In this document: piece by piece, positions 26,226 through 36,078 of the stretch
Layout: every line of letters starts with the position of its first letter
Numbering within the stretch: position 1 is the first letter of the stretch
From: an uncultured Candidatus Saccharibacteria bacterium
GTDB lineage: Bacteria > Patescibacteriota > Minisyncoccia > Phycocordibacterales > Phycocordibacteraceae
Length of the DNA: 56,435 nt
Reading direction: 5' to 3'
Assembly: GCA_964638585.1 (NCBI GenBank)
Contig: CAZXAN010000005.1
Coordinates: forward strand, 1 to 56,435
The notes under the pieces: model-generated
Seen by the model: only the letters and a program-made list of their open reading frames with translations
What the model was told of the DNA's origin: nothing
Database searches by the model: none
Translations under genes and position numbers: made by a program

Positions 26226-26939
26226 ACGGATAAATCTATAGCGTAGTATCTGCATAACCATCTTTAGCCCGATCTTTGCGGCCTTTAACACGCTCTCGCC
26301 AGAGTACATTGAATCGCCAACACGTTGTTTGTAAATCACTGGTATTTCTACCGGTCGCCACCCTCGTCGTATAACCCAAGTCATAATCTCGGCAGAGAAA
26401 GCCTCTTTGCCAGAAGATAACGGGAATAAGTCAAAAATACTGTTAAGCACTTCGCGCGAGAACAATTTGTACGAACAGCTCACGTCAGTAAGGCTCGGGC
26501 CATTGTGCAGTACTTCTAAGAATTTTGCCACCGCCCAATTGCCGACTCGGACAGGGAAAGGCATAAAGGCGCCAGACCATATTGAGGCTCTTGACGTGCG
26601 CGTACCAAACACTGCCTCAAATTCGCCAGTGTATGACAAGAATTTGTGAATATCGTTTGGCAAGAATGTGCCGTCTCCTTCTGTTGTTATGACCAGGTCG
26701 CCATTGGCCTCGCGTAACCCGCGCATCATGGCATTGCCATAACCCTGACGCTCCTTTTCTTCTACGAGCCTAGCTCGTGTCTGAGCGACCTCGTCTTTAG
26801 TGTTGCCGAGCGCGTTGTTATCAATAACTACAACCTCATCAACTAATCCGGTATCAAAAAAACCGTCTATTACAGCGCGAATACTCCCTTCTTCGTTGTA
26901 TGTTGGGATTACAACACTAACCGTCTTGCCTCTATACAT
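26166..26939 (-). CDS. GT2 polyprenyl-phosphate glycosyltransferase (Dpm1/GtrB/ArnC-like)
   Basis: VSVVIPTYNEEGSI, the DNNALGNT region and a TTEGDG (DxD-like) motif. 60-nt convergent overlap with the gtrA-like gene. Confidence 0.8.
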   Translation of the reverse strand: MYRGKTVSVVIPTYNEEGSIRAVIDGFFDTGLVDEVVVIDNNALGNTKDEVAQTRARLVEEKERQGYGNAMMRGLREANGDLVITTEGDGTFLPNDIHKFLSYTGEFEAVFGTRTSRASIWSGAFMPFPVRVGNWAVAKFLEVLHNGPSLTDVSCSYKLFSREVLNSIFDLFPLSSGKEAFSAEIMTWVIRRGWRPVEIPVIYKQRVGDSMYSGESVLKAAKIGLKMVMQILRYRFIRLDPISKDIKSVDKVAHNSD

Positions 26940-26989
26940 GCCTCTAAAATACCACGAGCTATCAGGTTCTGATATGATGTCCGTATTCT

Positions 26990-28768
26990 ATGGTCAGAGT
27001 AAAAGAATTTCTAAAAAACAATCGCCCAATTGCGGTGCTTATGGCGATAGTGCTTGTGCTCACAGCTATTCCAGTTCTTGACATTTTCTTCGTACTTGGT
27101 AACACGTGGCAGGGGATGCCACCGAACTTTACGGACGAGACGTTCTATTATGCTCGTGTGCAGACAATAGTGAAAGATCATCCTACAGGAGGCAATCCAT
27201 ATTTTCTTGAGCACGCTGACGGTCCGCCTCTCGTAATATTTGCAGGTGCGTGGATAAACGCGATTCCGCAGTTGGCAGGACTACCTCTCAACGCATCTCT
27301 CATAGTCAATTTTATTTTGTGGAGCATGTTGTTTGCGCTAGCTCTTTATTATTTGTTTAGAGAGTTGCGCGTACCGCCTTGGATAGCAGTATTCGGTACT
27401 GTGATTTTATATTTACAATCATATTCGCATGTGTGGCGACCCGTGAATCTGCAAACTGTATACCCGTTTTATTTTTTATTCTACTTGGCATTCGCACGAC
27501 TTATCCGAGAACAAAACAAGAGAAACATAGTATTTCTCGGACTCGTAACTGGGGCGATGTTTTATCTATTCGCCTATATGTGGCAAGCGTCTGTGATAAC
27601 GCTCGGGCTACTCGTTCTTTACGCGATTTTTAAGAAGAACTGGGTACTGATGAGGGCAACGCTGTTAGCGTCGATTCTGGGCGGGATTATAGGGCTCCCA
27701 GTGCCTCTATACGCCTTATGGCTCTCACATTCATCGCCATACTTCTGGGAGAGCGTTGGTCGTTTAGGGCTAGTGAACACACACTTGCCAATGGCAGAAG
27801 TAATCTATTCTGGTGGATGGATCGGCTTTGCTCTCGTATTTCTCGTAGTACTTTTGTGGCGTACGCGAGTATTGCGGGAGAATAAGGAGTTCGTTCTGAT
27901 CAGTCTGTTCTTCGCCATAAGCGGGCTTGGTCTCTGGATTATGCAGGGTAGTAATCTAATAACTGGAAAATTACTTGAGACAGGTGAACATGTACGTTTG
28001 TTGATCCAACCATGGCTAATTTTTTTCATTGTCGGTACTGGAGCGTTTCTTTGGAGACAACGTGCGCATCTCTCTAGAACAATGTATGCATGTGCTGTCG
28101 TCGTACTTGTGACACTATCGGGAATGAGCGTGTGTTACGCATATCAACGTTCTATATATTTTATTCCGACAAACATTAACCATGAATTGTGGCAGACGCA
28201 ACAACTTTATGTAAAGCCATTTGCATGGCTAGATGCACAAGAAAAGAATCCAGTCGTTGTGTGGAGCAACCCGCGAAATTTCTTGACGACTAACCTGCCA
28301 GTCTTTACCAGACATTTCACTCTTTACGTATGGGCCGGCATGATGGAACTCGTGCCAGAAGGTGAGATACGCGAGAGGTATCTTGTATCAGAGTATTTCA
28401 ACAATCCGACTGCTACAGACTTAAAAAGTTTAGACAATATGTTGCTCTATCTTGGGCGGCGCGACCTGCCTCATCAGGCGAAGACTATTGAGCGCGGAGT
28501 CAAGATTTGTCGGATACTGTTCTTCTGGAACAAGAACAAAGATTGCGGAGAGATACCGACACCACAGAGCTTGCTCGGCGATAAATTCTTTAATGATCTC
28601 GCCAACAAGTTCAAGAATGACATTAAACCGAACATAAAAGACTATCTTGATAAGTATCACGTTACATATATTTTGAAGGACAAAGTGCTGGACTCACAGT
28701 ATCACCCAGAAGCTCTCGGGGCGGTGAAGGTATACACTGATGATAAATATGAAATCTGGCACCTCTAA
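26990..28768 (+). CDS. Large polytopic membrane protein, probable GT-C-fold glycosyltransferase
   Basis: 592 aa with about 11 hydrophobic segments followed by a ~200-aa soluble C-terminus. Sits next to the GtrA and GT2 genes. Confidence 0.55.
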   Translation: MVRVKEFLKNNRPIAVLMAIVLVLTAIPVLDIFFVLGNTWQGMPPNFTDETFYYARVQTIVKDHPTGGNPYFLEHADGPPLVIFAGAWINAIPQLAGLPLNASLIVNFILWSMLFALALYYLFRELRVPPWIAVFGTVILYLQSYSHVWRPVNLQTVYPFYFLFYLAFARLIREQNKRNIVFLGLVTGAMFYLFAYMWQASVITLGLLVLYAIFKKNWVLMRATLLASILGGIIGLPVPLYALWLSHSSPYFWESVGRLGLVNTHLPMAEVIYSGGWIGFALVFLVVLLWRTRVLRENKEFVLISLFFAISGLGLWIMQGSNLITGKLLETGEHVRLLIQPWLIFFIVGTGAFLWRQRAHLSRTMYACAVVVLVTLSGMSVCYAYQRSIYFIPTNINHELWQTQQLYVKPFAWLDAQEKNPVVVWSNPRNFLTTNLPVFTRHFTLYVWAGMMELVPEGEIRERYLVSEYFNNPTATDLKSLDNMLLYLGRRDLPHQAKTIERGVKICRILFFWNKNKDCGEIPTPQSLLGDKFFNDLANKFKNDIKPNIKDYLDKYHVTYILKDKVLDSQYHPEALGAVKVYTDDKYEIWHL

Positions 28769-29441
28769 CCTCCCTCACAACAGCGACGAGTTACAACGCA
28801 TGTACGAAGTGCGGTTCAGCGGTAGAGTTAAGTACAGAGACAGAGTTTGGGGCGTTCTTATCAGAGATTATTTTCAGAAGTTTGTACGCAAAGAAGATAC
28901 TGTGTTGGATCTTGGAGCCGGATACGGCGAGTTCATAAATAATGTTAAATGCGCAAAAAAGTTCGCAATGGACCTTAACCCAGACACGTCAAGTCTGGTA
29001 AATGCTGGCATTGAAGTTTTATTGCAGGACTGTTCACAAACATGGCAACTACCGGACAACAGCCTTGACGTCGTCTTCACAAGCAATTTCTTTGAACACT
29101 TGCCAGACAGACCAGCTCTTGCGCGCACTCTGTCTGAAGTGCGTAGGTGCTTAAAGCCGGGTGGGCTGATTATCGCCTTGGGGCCGAATATTAAATACGC
29201 CCTCGGCTCGTATTGGGACTTTATAGACCACCACATACCGCTCACAGAGTTGTCACTCGCAGAGGCGCTGACACAGCAAGGCTTTGGTATAGAGAAGTGC
29301 GTTGGTAGATTCTTGCCATTTACTATGGCTAGCGGGCCGCTGTATCCTGTATTTTTTGTTGCTTGGTACTTGCGATTCCCATTCATGTGGCGCATCTTTG
29401 GCAAACAGTTCTTAGTTATAGGGAAGAAGGGAAACGCATGA
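28740..29441 (+). CDS. Class I SAM-dependent methyltransferase
   Basis: VLDLGAGYGEF motif I and LKPGGLII. The start is uncertain (28740, 28749 or 28800). Confidence 0.8.
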   Translation: MINMKSGTSNLPHNSDELQRMYEVRFSGRVKYRDRVWGVLIRDYFQKFVRKEDTVLDLGAGYGEFINNVKCAKKFAMDLNPDTSSLVNAGIEVLLQDCSQTWQLPDNSLDVVFTSNFFEHLPDRPALARTLSEVRRCLKPGGLIIALGPNIKYALGSYWDFIDHHIPLTELSLAEALTQQGFGIEKCVGRFLPFTMASGPLYPVFFVAWYLRFPFMWRIFGKQFLVIGKKGNA

Positions 29442-30586
29442 AAATCTACTACATAGCAAATGCTCGTATGCCGACAGAAAAGGCTCACGGGATACAGATA
29501 GCTAAGATGTGCGAGGCGTTTATTGAGGCGGGTGCGGACCTGTCTCTTGTGGCACCGCGCCGTGTTACTGATGCTCGTTCGGTGCGAGAATATTATGGAC
29601 TTCGAGTTAACATACCGATAATCTATTTGCCGACTATAGATTGGTATACAGGCGGACGCATAGGCTATTTTATTTCTTCGCTGTCATTTATGATTTCTTA
29701 TTCGCTTTTCATATTGCATAAAAAAATCTCTGGCGAGAAGTTCGTTCTCTACACTGTTGATACAGACAGCTATTCTTCGTCAGCGCTCGCATTTCTCGGT
29801 TTGCCGTTATTTTCTGAAATGCACGGGGCTAAACCGCGCACGCTCGCACAGCGCATATTATTTAAAAATGCGAGAGGGATAATCGCCATAAACAAAATAA
29901 TCGTTAAAGAGCTACAAGAGAATTTTCCACGTTCGCGTGCGCGTTACATAGTTGAGCCAAACGGTGTAGACCTGTCTAAATTTGCTCACATAAACAAACA
30001 AGATGCACGAGAAAAACTCGATCTACCGCTTGATGACAAGATAGTTCTATATGCAGGCAGATTTTTTGAATGGAAAGGGTTAGAGATATTGCCAATATCA
30101 GCATCTATTACTTCACAGATACGCTGGCAAGTCGTGGGCGGTAGCGAAGAAGACTTTAAAAGGTTGATAAAAGAGCCATTGCCGTCAAATATGTTCTTCT
30201 CCGGTAGCCGTCCGCACACAGAGATGCCGTTGTGGCTTGCCTCCGCAGATGCACTGCTTGTGCTGGGGACTATTCGCGATACACAGTCTTATCGTTATAC
30301 TTCACCAATGAAACTGTTTGAATATCTGGCCGTAGGCAGGCCCATTGTTGCGAGCAAGACGCCTGCGATAAGCGAGATAGTGACAGAAGAACATGTCTTC
30401 TTCTACACACCAGACGATGTGCAGGATCTGTCTAGAGTTGTGCAAAATGCTATTACTGATGGCGAAGAGACTGCGAAAAAAGTTGAGTCTTCAAAACTCT
30501 TGGCAGAAAACTCTTCATGGAGAGCTCGTGCAGAACGCATAGTGCAGTTTATAGAAGAAAATACTCAAGAAAAAATCCATGCCTAA
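29438..30586 (+). CDS. Glycosyltransferase family 4
   Basis: MKIYYIANARMPTEKAHGIQI N-terminus, start overlapping the upstream stop (ATGA). GT-B C-terminal domain. Confidence 0.8.
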   Translation: MKIYYIANARMPTEKAHGIQIAKMCEAFIEAGADLSLVAPRRVTDARSVREYYGLRVNIPIIYLPTIDWYTGGRIGYFISSLSFMISYSLFILHKKISGEKFVLYTVDTDSYSSSALAFLGLPLFSEMHGAKPRTLAQRILFKNARGIIAINKIIVKELQENFPRSRARYIVEPNGVDLSKFAHINKQDAREKLDLPLDDKIVLYAGRFFEWKGLEILPISASITSQIRWQVVGGSEEDFKRLIKEPLPSNMFFSGSRPHTEMPLWLASADALLVLGTIRDTQSYRYTSPMKLFEYLAVGRPIVASKTPAISEIVTEEHVFFYTPDDVQDLSRVVQNAITDGEETAKKVESSKLLAENSSWRARAERIVQFIEENTQEKIHA

Positions 30587-31463
30587 TTCTAATAACGACT
30601 TGCTCTCAAATAATCGCGATATCACGTCTGAACACGGTGAGGATGGTGTAATCGCTAGGATTTTTGAAATCATAGGCGAAGAAAGCAAGTGGTGTGTTGA
30701 CCTGGGTGCTTTAAACGGTACTCATGGCAGTAACGTCTGGCACTTGATTAAAGAGAAGGGCTGGTCTGGCGTATTAATAGAAGCTGACAAAACATATTTT
30801 GAAAAACTACAGAGAGAATATGCAGATATAGATAGAGCTCATTGCATAAATGCGTTTGTCTCTTTTGAAGGAGAGAAATCTCTGGATAATATTTTTGCCA
30901 GCATATCTTTGCCAAAGACGTTTGACTTATTTTCTCTAGATATAGACGGGAACGAATATCACTTATGGGAGTCTCTCAATGATTACCGCCCGAGAGTAAT
31001 GCTTGTTGAATTTAATCCTTCAATACCAAACGACGTAACATTTATCCAGCCACGCGATATGAACATCTTTCAGGGGTCGTCGCTACGCGCTCTCGTGGAG
31101 CTTGGCAAACGCAAGGGGTATGAGTTAGTCGCTACAAATGAAGTGAATGCTTTTTTCGTATTGAAAGAATTATTTCCAAACTTTGGCATCTCTGACAATT
31201 CTATAGACGCGCTACATACCGACCATAGATATGAGACGAAGCTTTTTCAGCTCTATGACGGGACGCTAAAGATTACAGGAAACACAAATCTTATCTGGCA
31301 TAAAATGTCGATTGATGAAAATGAGCTACAAGTCTTGCCCCCACGCAAACGCAGATATCCCGCGCACATAGACGAAGACAGTAGACTGCGAGAGTTTAAA
31401 TATTGGGCGAGAAAGTTCCCATTGTATTCTCTAATACAGCGCGTGCGTAAGCTCCTTAAATAA
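30579..31463 (+). CDS. FkbM-like methyltransferase-fold protein (putative)
   Basis: SEHGEDGVIARIF, DLGALNGTHGSN and FSLDIDGNEYHLW resemble Methyltransf_21-type motifs. Confidence 0.5.
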   Translation: MPNSNNDLLSNNRDITSEHGEDGVIARIFEIIGEESKWCVDLGALNGTHGSNVWHLIKEKGWSGVLIEADKTYFEKLQREYADIDRAHCINAFVSFEGEKSLDNIFASISLPKTFDLFSLDIDGNEYHLWESLNDYRPRVMLVEFNPSIPNDVTFIQPRDMNIFQGSSLRALVELGKRKGYELVATNEVNAFFVLKELFPNFGISDNSIDALHTDHRYETKLFQLYDGTLKITGNTNLIWHKMSIDENELQVLPPRKRRYPAHIDEDSRLREFKYWARKFPLYSLIQRVRKLLK

Positions 31464-31465
31464 AT

Positions 31466-32464
31466 ATGGAGATTAAAAAGGTCCTCACGTTTCGTGCCTC
31501 CTCAATCGGCGATTGCCTGATGGGGAAGTATCTCCTGGAGAACATTCACGCAGAGTTCCCGAATGCGCGACTCGGATTAGTCGTCGCGAGCCGTGCCGAG
31601 ATGATTCGCGATTTATTCTCCGCGTATCCGTGGCTAGAGGTTATAGAAGTGAACCGCAAGAATCCAAAATCGCTTTGGCATTTGTGGAAAAAATTTCGTG
31701 GTAGTGATTTGGTCATTACACAGTATGCAGGAAAGAAAGGCGGGAAGTTCAGTTTCGCAAGTAAGCTCGCCGCAAGGTTGCTAGCGAAAAGCGGTGGTCT
31801 TATCGGCTTTAGCGATGCATCAAAGTTGAACAAAATGCTCTATGACAAACTTCTGCCTGTACGTTCAGATATCGCAGTTGCAGAGCATGACCGTTCTGCT
31901 TTGCGCGTGGCGGATATTCCCATTTCTATTCAATTTCCGACAATGCAGTTCGTTCCCGACGACTCGATTTTTACAAGTCTGAACCTTGTAGAGGAGAAGT
32001 ACGTTGTCGTGCATCTCTTTGCAGGAAACAAAAGCCGTGGGTTGTCGCCAGATAAAAAACACGAACTGTTGATGGCTCTTGCCAAAAAACTACCAGATAT
32101 GCGACTTGTAATAAGTGGTGGTGATAATGATAGAGAAGAAGCGTTGAAAGTAGCAGAAAATATTCCAGTAATGGTTATCGCCGGCGAGGTCACGCTTCAG
32201 GAAATGATGAATCTGATTTCAAATAGCAGAGGAGTTGTGAGCATTGATACTGGCGTTGCGCACATTACTGCGCAACTAGGCAAACCGCTTGTTGTTATGA
32301 CTACATGTCTAGGGCGCAATTGGTGGTTTGATGATCAGTACGGCGTAGATGCGCCTATAACCGTACTATCTCGTGGCGACCTTTGTTCTACGAGCCACGT
32401 TTATAAAGAGTATCCGGACTGTATGAATAAAATAGATATGAACGAAGTTGCATCAAAGATATGA
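31466..32464 (+). CDS. Glycosyltransferase family 9 (heptosyltransferase-like)
   Basis: KVLTFRASSIGDCLMGKYLL N-terminus and SIDTGVAHITAQLGKPLVVM C-terminal motif. Confidence 0.75.
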   Translation: MEIKKVLTFRASSIGDCLMGKYLLENIHAEFPNARLGLVVASRAEMIRDLFSAYPWLEVIEVNRKNPKSLWHLWKKFRGSDLVITQYAGKKGGKFSFASKLAARLLAKSGGLIGFSDASKLNKMLYDKLLPVRSDIAVAEHDRSALRVADIPISIQFPTMQFVPDDSIFTSLNLVEEKYVVVHLFAGNKSRGLSPDKKHELLMALAKKLPDMRLVISGGDNDREEALKVAENIPVMVIAGEVTLQEMMNLISNSRGVVSIDTGVAHITAQLGKPLVVMTTCLGRNWWFDDQYGVDAPITVLSRGDLCSTSHVYKEYPDCMNKIDMNEVASKI

Positions 32465-33573
32465 GAATCCATTTTCTAGTACGGAGTTTAAACAGAGATG
32501 GTGCAGGCTCTCATCAAAACGCGATTTCATATATCAGGTATCTGAAAGAGCGTGGGCACACAGTTACAGTGCACGCAATCAATTCTGTTAACAATCCGCC
32601 CAGCGATATTCAACTAATTGAACATGCTAAAGAAAAGCTGGGCCTTCTTGCTAACAACAAGTTTCTCACTAAGTTGTTATTTGATTGCGAGAAAGATGCT
32701 GATATATTCTTACTATACGGAGTAGATTTTATCTGGGGCGCAGGCAGATACAGAATGGGTGGCGGAGTGATTCCGGTAACCATCTACCTAGACACATGCC
32801 TGTCTTCAATGGATACGGGACAGCGTTTGAGCACGGTCTATTACATAAAGAGAGTCCTTTGGGAAAAACTATTCGGGATGCGCGACGCCAAATGGGTTGA
32901 TGCATATATCGCTTCGTCTTTGTTTATCAAAGAGATATATGTCTACCATGGATTTATAGAGAAGAAATTTAATATCGTGTCTAATTTTTTTGAATTTGAT
33001 GCCGAACGCAATGTTCAGGGGAGAACTGTGTCGCAGACCGTAAGACTTTTGTACGCGGGTCGCATGACACACGACAAGGGGACTGATCTATTGATTGAGG
33101 CGGTAAGAAATATAAATTTAGAAATACCTTGGATCTTGCGCATTGTAGGCGATGGTCCGATGAAAAAAGAATGCGAACAAATGATTCGCGAGTACGGCCT
33201 TATAGAGCGTGTACAGATTACTCAATGGGTAGATCAAAGCGAATTACCAGAAGTGTATAAGTCTGCAGATATTTTTATACATCCTTCGCGTTGTCCAGAG
33301 GCATTTGGACGCACCTTTGTAGAGGCTATGTCTTATGGCATTCCTGTTGTTGCTTCAAACATAGGTTCGGCGCCATGGACAATAGGAGAAGGTGGTCTAC
33401 TCTTCTCTAGCGGAGACGTATCCAAGTTGCGCGAATGTATATGCTCTCTTATTAAAGATAAAGAGTTGCGAGAACGGCTTGGCAAACAAGGTGTAAGTCA
33501 GTCACAGAAGTTTGACAAAAGGATTGTCGGACCATTGTTAGAGAAAACTTTAGAGACGTTAGTAGCGTTATAG
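32461..33573 (+). CDS. Glycosyltransferase family 4
   Basis: EAFGRTFVEAMSYGIPVVASNIGSAP motif and an ATGA overlap. Confidence 0.85.
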   Translation: MRIHFLVRSLNRDGAGSHQNAISYIRYLKERGHTVTVHAINSVNNPPSDIQLIEHAKEKLGLLANNKFLTKLLFDCEKDADIFLLYGVDFIWGAGRYRMGGGVIPVTIYLDTCLSSMDTGQRLSTVYYIKRVLWEKLFGMRDAKWVDAYIASSLFIKEIYVYHGFIEKKFNIVSNFFEFDAERNVQGRTVSQTVRLLYAGRMTHDKGTDLLIEAVRNINLEIPWILRIVGDGPMKKECEQMIREYGLIERVQITQWVDQSELPEVYKSADIFIHPSRCPEAFGRTFVEAMSYGIPVVASNIGSAPWTIGEGGLLFSSGDVSKLRECICSLIKDKELRERLGKQGVSQSQKFDKRIVGPLLEKTLETLVAL

Positions 33574-33580
33574 CAGATAT

Positions 33581-35479
33581 ATGAAACAAGAGAAGAAAAC
33601 ATTTGTTGTGTTATATACCTTAAAGCAAATCGACGAAATGCAGTCTTATCTGGAAAAGGAAAACATCCCACTAAGTGCTTGTACAATTATACCTCTGGAA
33701 TTTGAGATTGAACACGCACTTCGCGAACGTAATATTCCTTACGAGTCACTTCTTAAATACGTGCCTATTGAGGAAGATTTCGGCGATGTCCTTGACTCTG
33801 CTAGAAGTTCTGCCAAGCGCTTTCACGAGCATCCGGCTATGCGATTTTACGCATATCAAGGAATTAACATTGGAGAAGTATTTGAACCGATGATTGATTT
33901 GTACCTGGAATATCTCGGGCGCTACACGGCTATTTTCAAACGCATTGCCGAGATAGGTGAGGTCAAGAAATTGATTATTCCACACACAACAATGCGGCCA
34001 ACGTTTAAGGTAGCTGCACTAGTACCTTTTGAATTTCGTGCACCAGTTGATGCCGCCATATTAGTTGGGAAGCAGAAGGGTTTTGAAGTACAGACAATAG
34101 GTACGCCTCTCAATTTTGTACCAATATCAAAGAAACAACGAATTACAAGATGTTTCGGTATTCTAGCGCTCGCGTTCTATAATGCATGCATCCGTTTATG
34201 CATCCGCCCGCGCCCTCTGAAGCTCTACGCGAGCGAATACTGGTTCCATATAGAGTCGTTCATTGAAAAAATGGATGACGTTGAACTAGTATTCATGGAG
34301 AGGAAAGAAATAAGGAATATTCCGTGGCGACAATTATTGAAACATAGGATACGTTTTCTGCACTCCACAGATGTTGTAGATGCAAACATTATGAGCACGA
34401 TATCTCAGTCTGTACTTGCTTTTGCAAAGCAGTGGCACGCAGTGAAGAACGAGGTCCGAGAAATCTTTGATATCGTGCCAGGCATTGATGCGTGGCCCGC
34501 CATAGAGCGTGCGCTTACTTTTTTGATAGAGACACAGACACAACGTGCGCTAGTGGACATTGAAGGACTTCGACGCATCATGCAAAAAGAGAGGCCTGAC
34601 AAGGTTCTTCTTCGTGCCAGTGTCGGTGGTGCAGCCCACCATTTTTATATCGCAACACAGGTTGCACATCAACTCGGTATACCCTCTATAGAAGTGCAAC
34701 ATGCGGGAGCGGTAGTTGACCCGCGTTCCGCGCATTCTCACCTCACTGCATCGTATCTGGCTGCGTACGGACCACTGACAAGAGATGTGTACCATAAGAA
34801 TCACGGCTACGCGCGCGAGCGCATTCGCCCAATTGGTTCTCCGCGGTTTGATCACTACGTGCACGAACATGATACTCTCGCACAAAATCGCATAGAATGT
34901 CTTATAGGGTTGGGTCTTGACCACGCTAGGCCGACGGTATTTGTTGCTGTACCATTCCCCGGTGCATATCCGCTTCTATTTAGTTCATATCAAGTCGCTG
35001 ATTTTTTCAATACATTTCGGAATATACAAAAGAAAATGCCGGAATTGCAGTTCATTTTCAAATTTCGCTTAGGCAGTTTTTCGCCATTTTACCGCGATGA
35101 TATCCACAATCTATTCACGGATGGTGGCGTGGTCGTCACTGATACCAAAGACTTCTTGTCTCTTATTGTTGCAAGCGATATAGCATGTACTGGCAGTTCA
35201 ACGCTCATGTATGAGATTATGCTCGGCGAACGACCGATGATACTTTTCCCTTGGCAAAAATGGGATACGTATACTCTTGGGGTATATAGCCGCGCTGCGT
35301 CGGTCGCATTTGATGTCAAAGAATTGTTGGCGTTTCTCCGGCAGTTACTCAATAAAGACGAAGCTGAAAAAGCGGTGAAGAGGCAGAATAATTTTCTCTC
35401 GGAGAATTATAGCTTTGATGGTCATGCTCCGGAGCGCATGGCGAGCTTGTTACGAGAAAAACTCCTGCCGTTGCCATGA
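33581..35479 (+). CDS. Large hypothetical protein with a GT-B/2-epimerase/TagF-like C-terminal half
   Basis: 632 aa. The ERIRPIGSPRFDHY motif and the late DIACTGSSTLMYEIMLGERPMILFP segment resemble the TagF/WecB superfamily. Family not securely recognised. Confidence 0.4.
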   Translation: MKQEKKTFVVLYTLKQIDEMQSYLEKENIPLSACTIIPLEFEIEHALRERNIPYESLLKYVPIEEDFGDVLDSARSSAKRFHEHPAMRFYAYQGINIGEVFEPMIDLYLEYLGRYTAIFKRIAEIGEVKKLIIPHTTMRPTFKVAALVPFEFRAPVDAAILVGKQKGFEVQTIGTPLNFVPISKKQRITRCFGILALAFYNACIRLCIRPRPLKLYASEYWFHIESFIEKMDDVELVFMERKEIRNIPWRQLLKHRIRFLHSTDVVDANIMSTISQSVLAFAKQWHAVKNEVREIFDIVPGIDAWPAIERALTFLIETQTQRALVDIEGLRRIMQKERPDKVLLRASVGGAAHHFYIATQVAHQLGIPSIEVQHAGAVVDPRSAHSHLTASYLAAYGPLTRDVYHKNHGYARERIRPIGSPRFDHYVHEHDTLAQNRIECLIGLGLDHARPTVFVAVPFPGAYPLLFSSYQVADFFNTFRNIQKKMPELQFIFKFRLGSFSPFYRDDIHNLFTDGGVVVTDTKDFLSLIVASDIACTGSSTLMYEIMLGERPMILFPWQKWDTYTLGVYSRAASVAFDVKELLAFLRQLLNKDEAEKAVKRQNNFLSENYSFDGHAPERMASLLREKLLPLP

Positions 35480-35529
35480 ACATAATTGTTCTATTGCGCT
35501 GGAGCCCTTTTTAAGTAATTCTATATCCT

Positions 35530-36072
35530 ATGGAACGACCATTTCTTGAGGGCGCCACGATATACTTACGTCCTCTCTCCACAGACGATCTCGCCGGCGG
35601 ATATCCGAACTGGCTGAACGACCCGGAGGTCTCTGCCCACAATTCGCACCACGTGTTCCCATATACGCTCGCGCAGACAAAGGGCTACATAGAGAGCGTA
35701 CAGAACGATCCCCAGAACCTCGTTCTCGCCATTGTTGCAAAAGATGGGAACAAGCACATAGGCAACATCGCACTCCAGCACATTAATCTTATCGACCGCA
35801 ATGCCGAATATGCAATCATCGTCGGCGATAAAGGGTATTGGGGCAGGGGAGTCGCGTGCGAGGCCTCGAGACTTCTGCTCACACATGGATTTAACGTGCT
35901 CAGCTTGCATCGCATCTATTGCGGTACTTCGAGCACGAATATTGCTATGCAAAAGTTGGCCATAGCGCTCGGTATGCAGAAGGAAGGGTGCAGACGCGAA
36001 GCACAGTATAAGGACAATGCGTATGTCGATATTATTGAGTACGGGGTTCTGAAAGAAGAATTCACATCCTAG
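35530..36072 (+). CDS. GNAT N-acetyltransferase (RimJ/RimL-like; candidate PseH role)
   Basis: IGNIALQHI...YAIIVGDKGYWGRGVACEA...A.QKLAIALGMQKEG is a GNAT core. Sits at the head of the nonulosonic acid cluster. Confidence 0.75.
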   Translation: MERPFLEGATIYLRPLSTDDLAGGYPNWLNDPEVSAHNSHHVFPYTLAQTKGYIESVQNDPQNLVLAIVAKDGNKHIGNIALQHINLIDRNAEYAIIVGDKGYWGRGVACEASRLLLTHGFNVLSLHRIYCGTSSTNIAMQKLAIALGMQKEGCRREAQYKDNAYVDIIEYGVLKEEFTS

Positions 36073-36078
36073 CAACCT

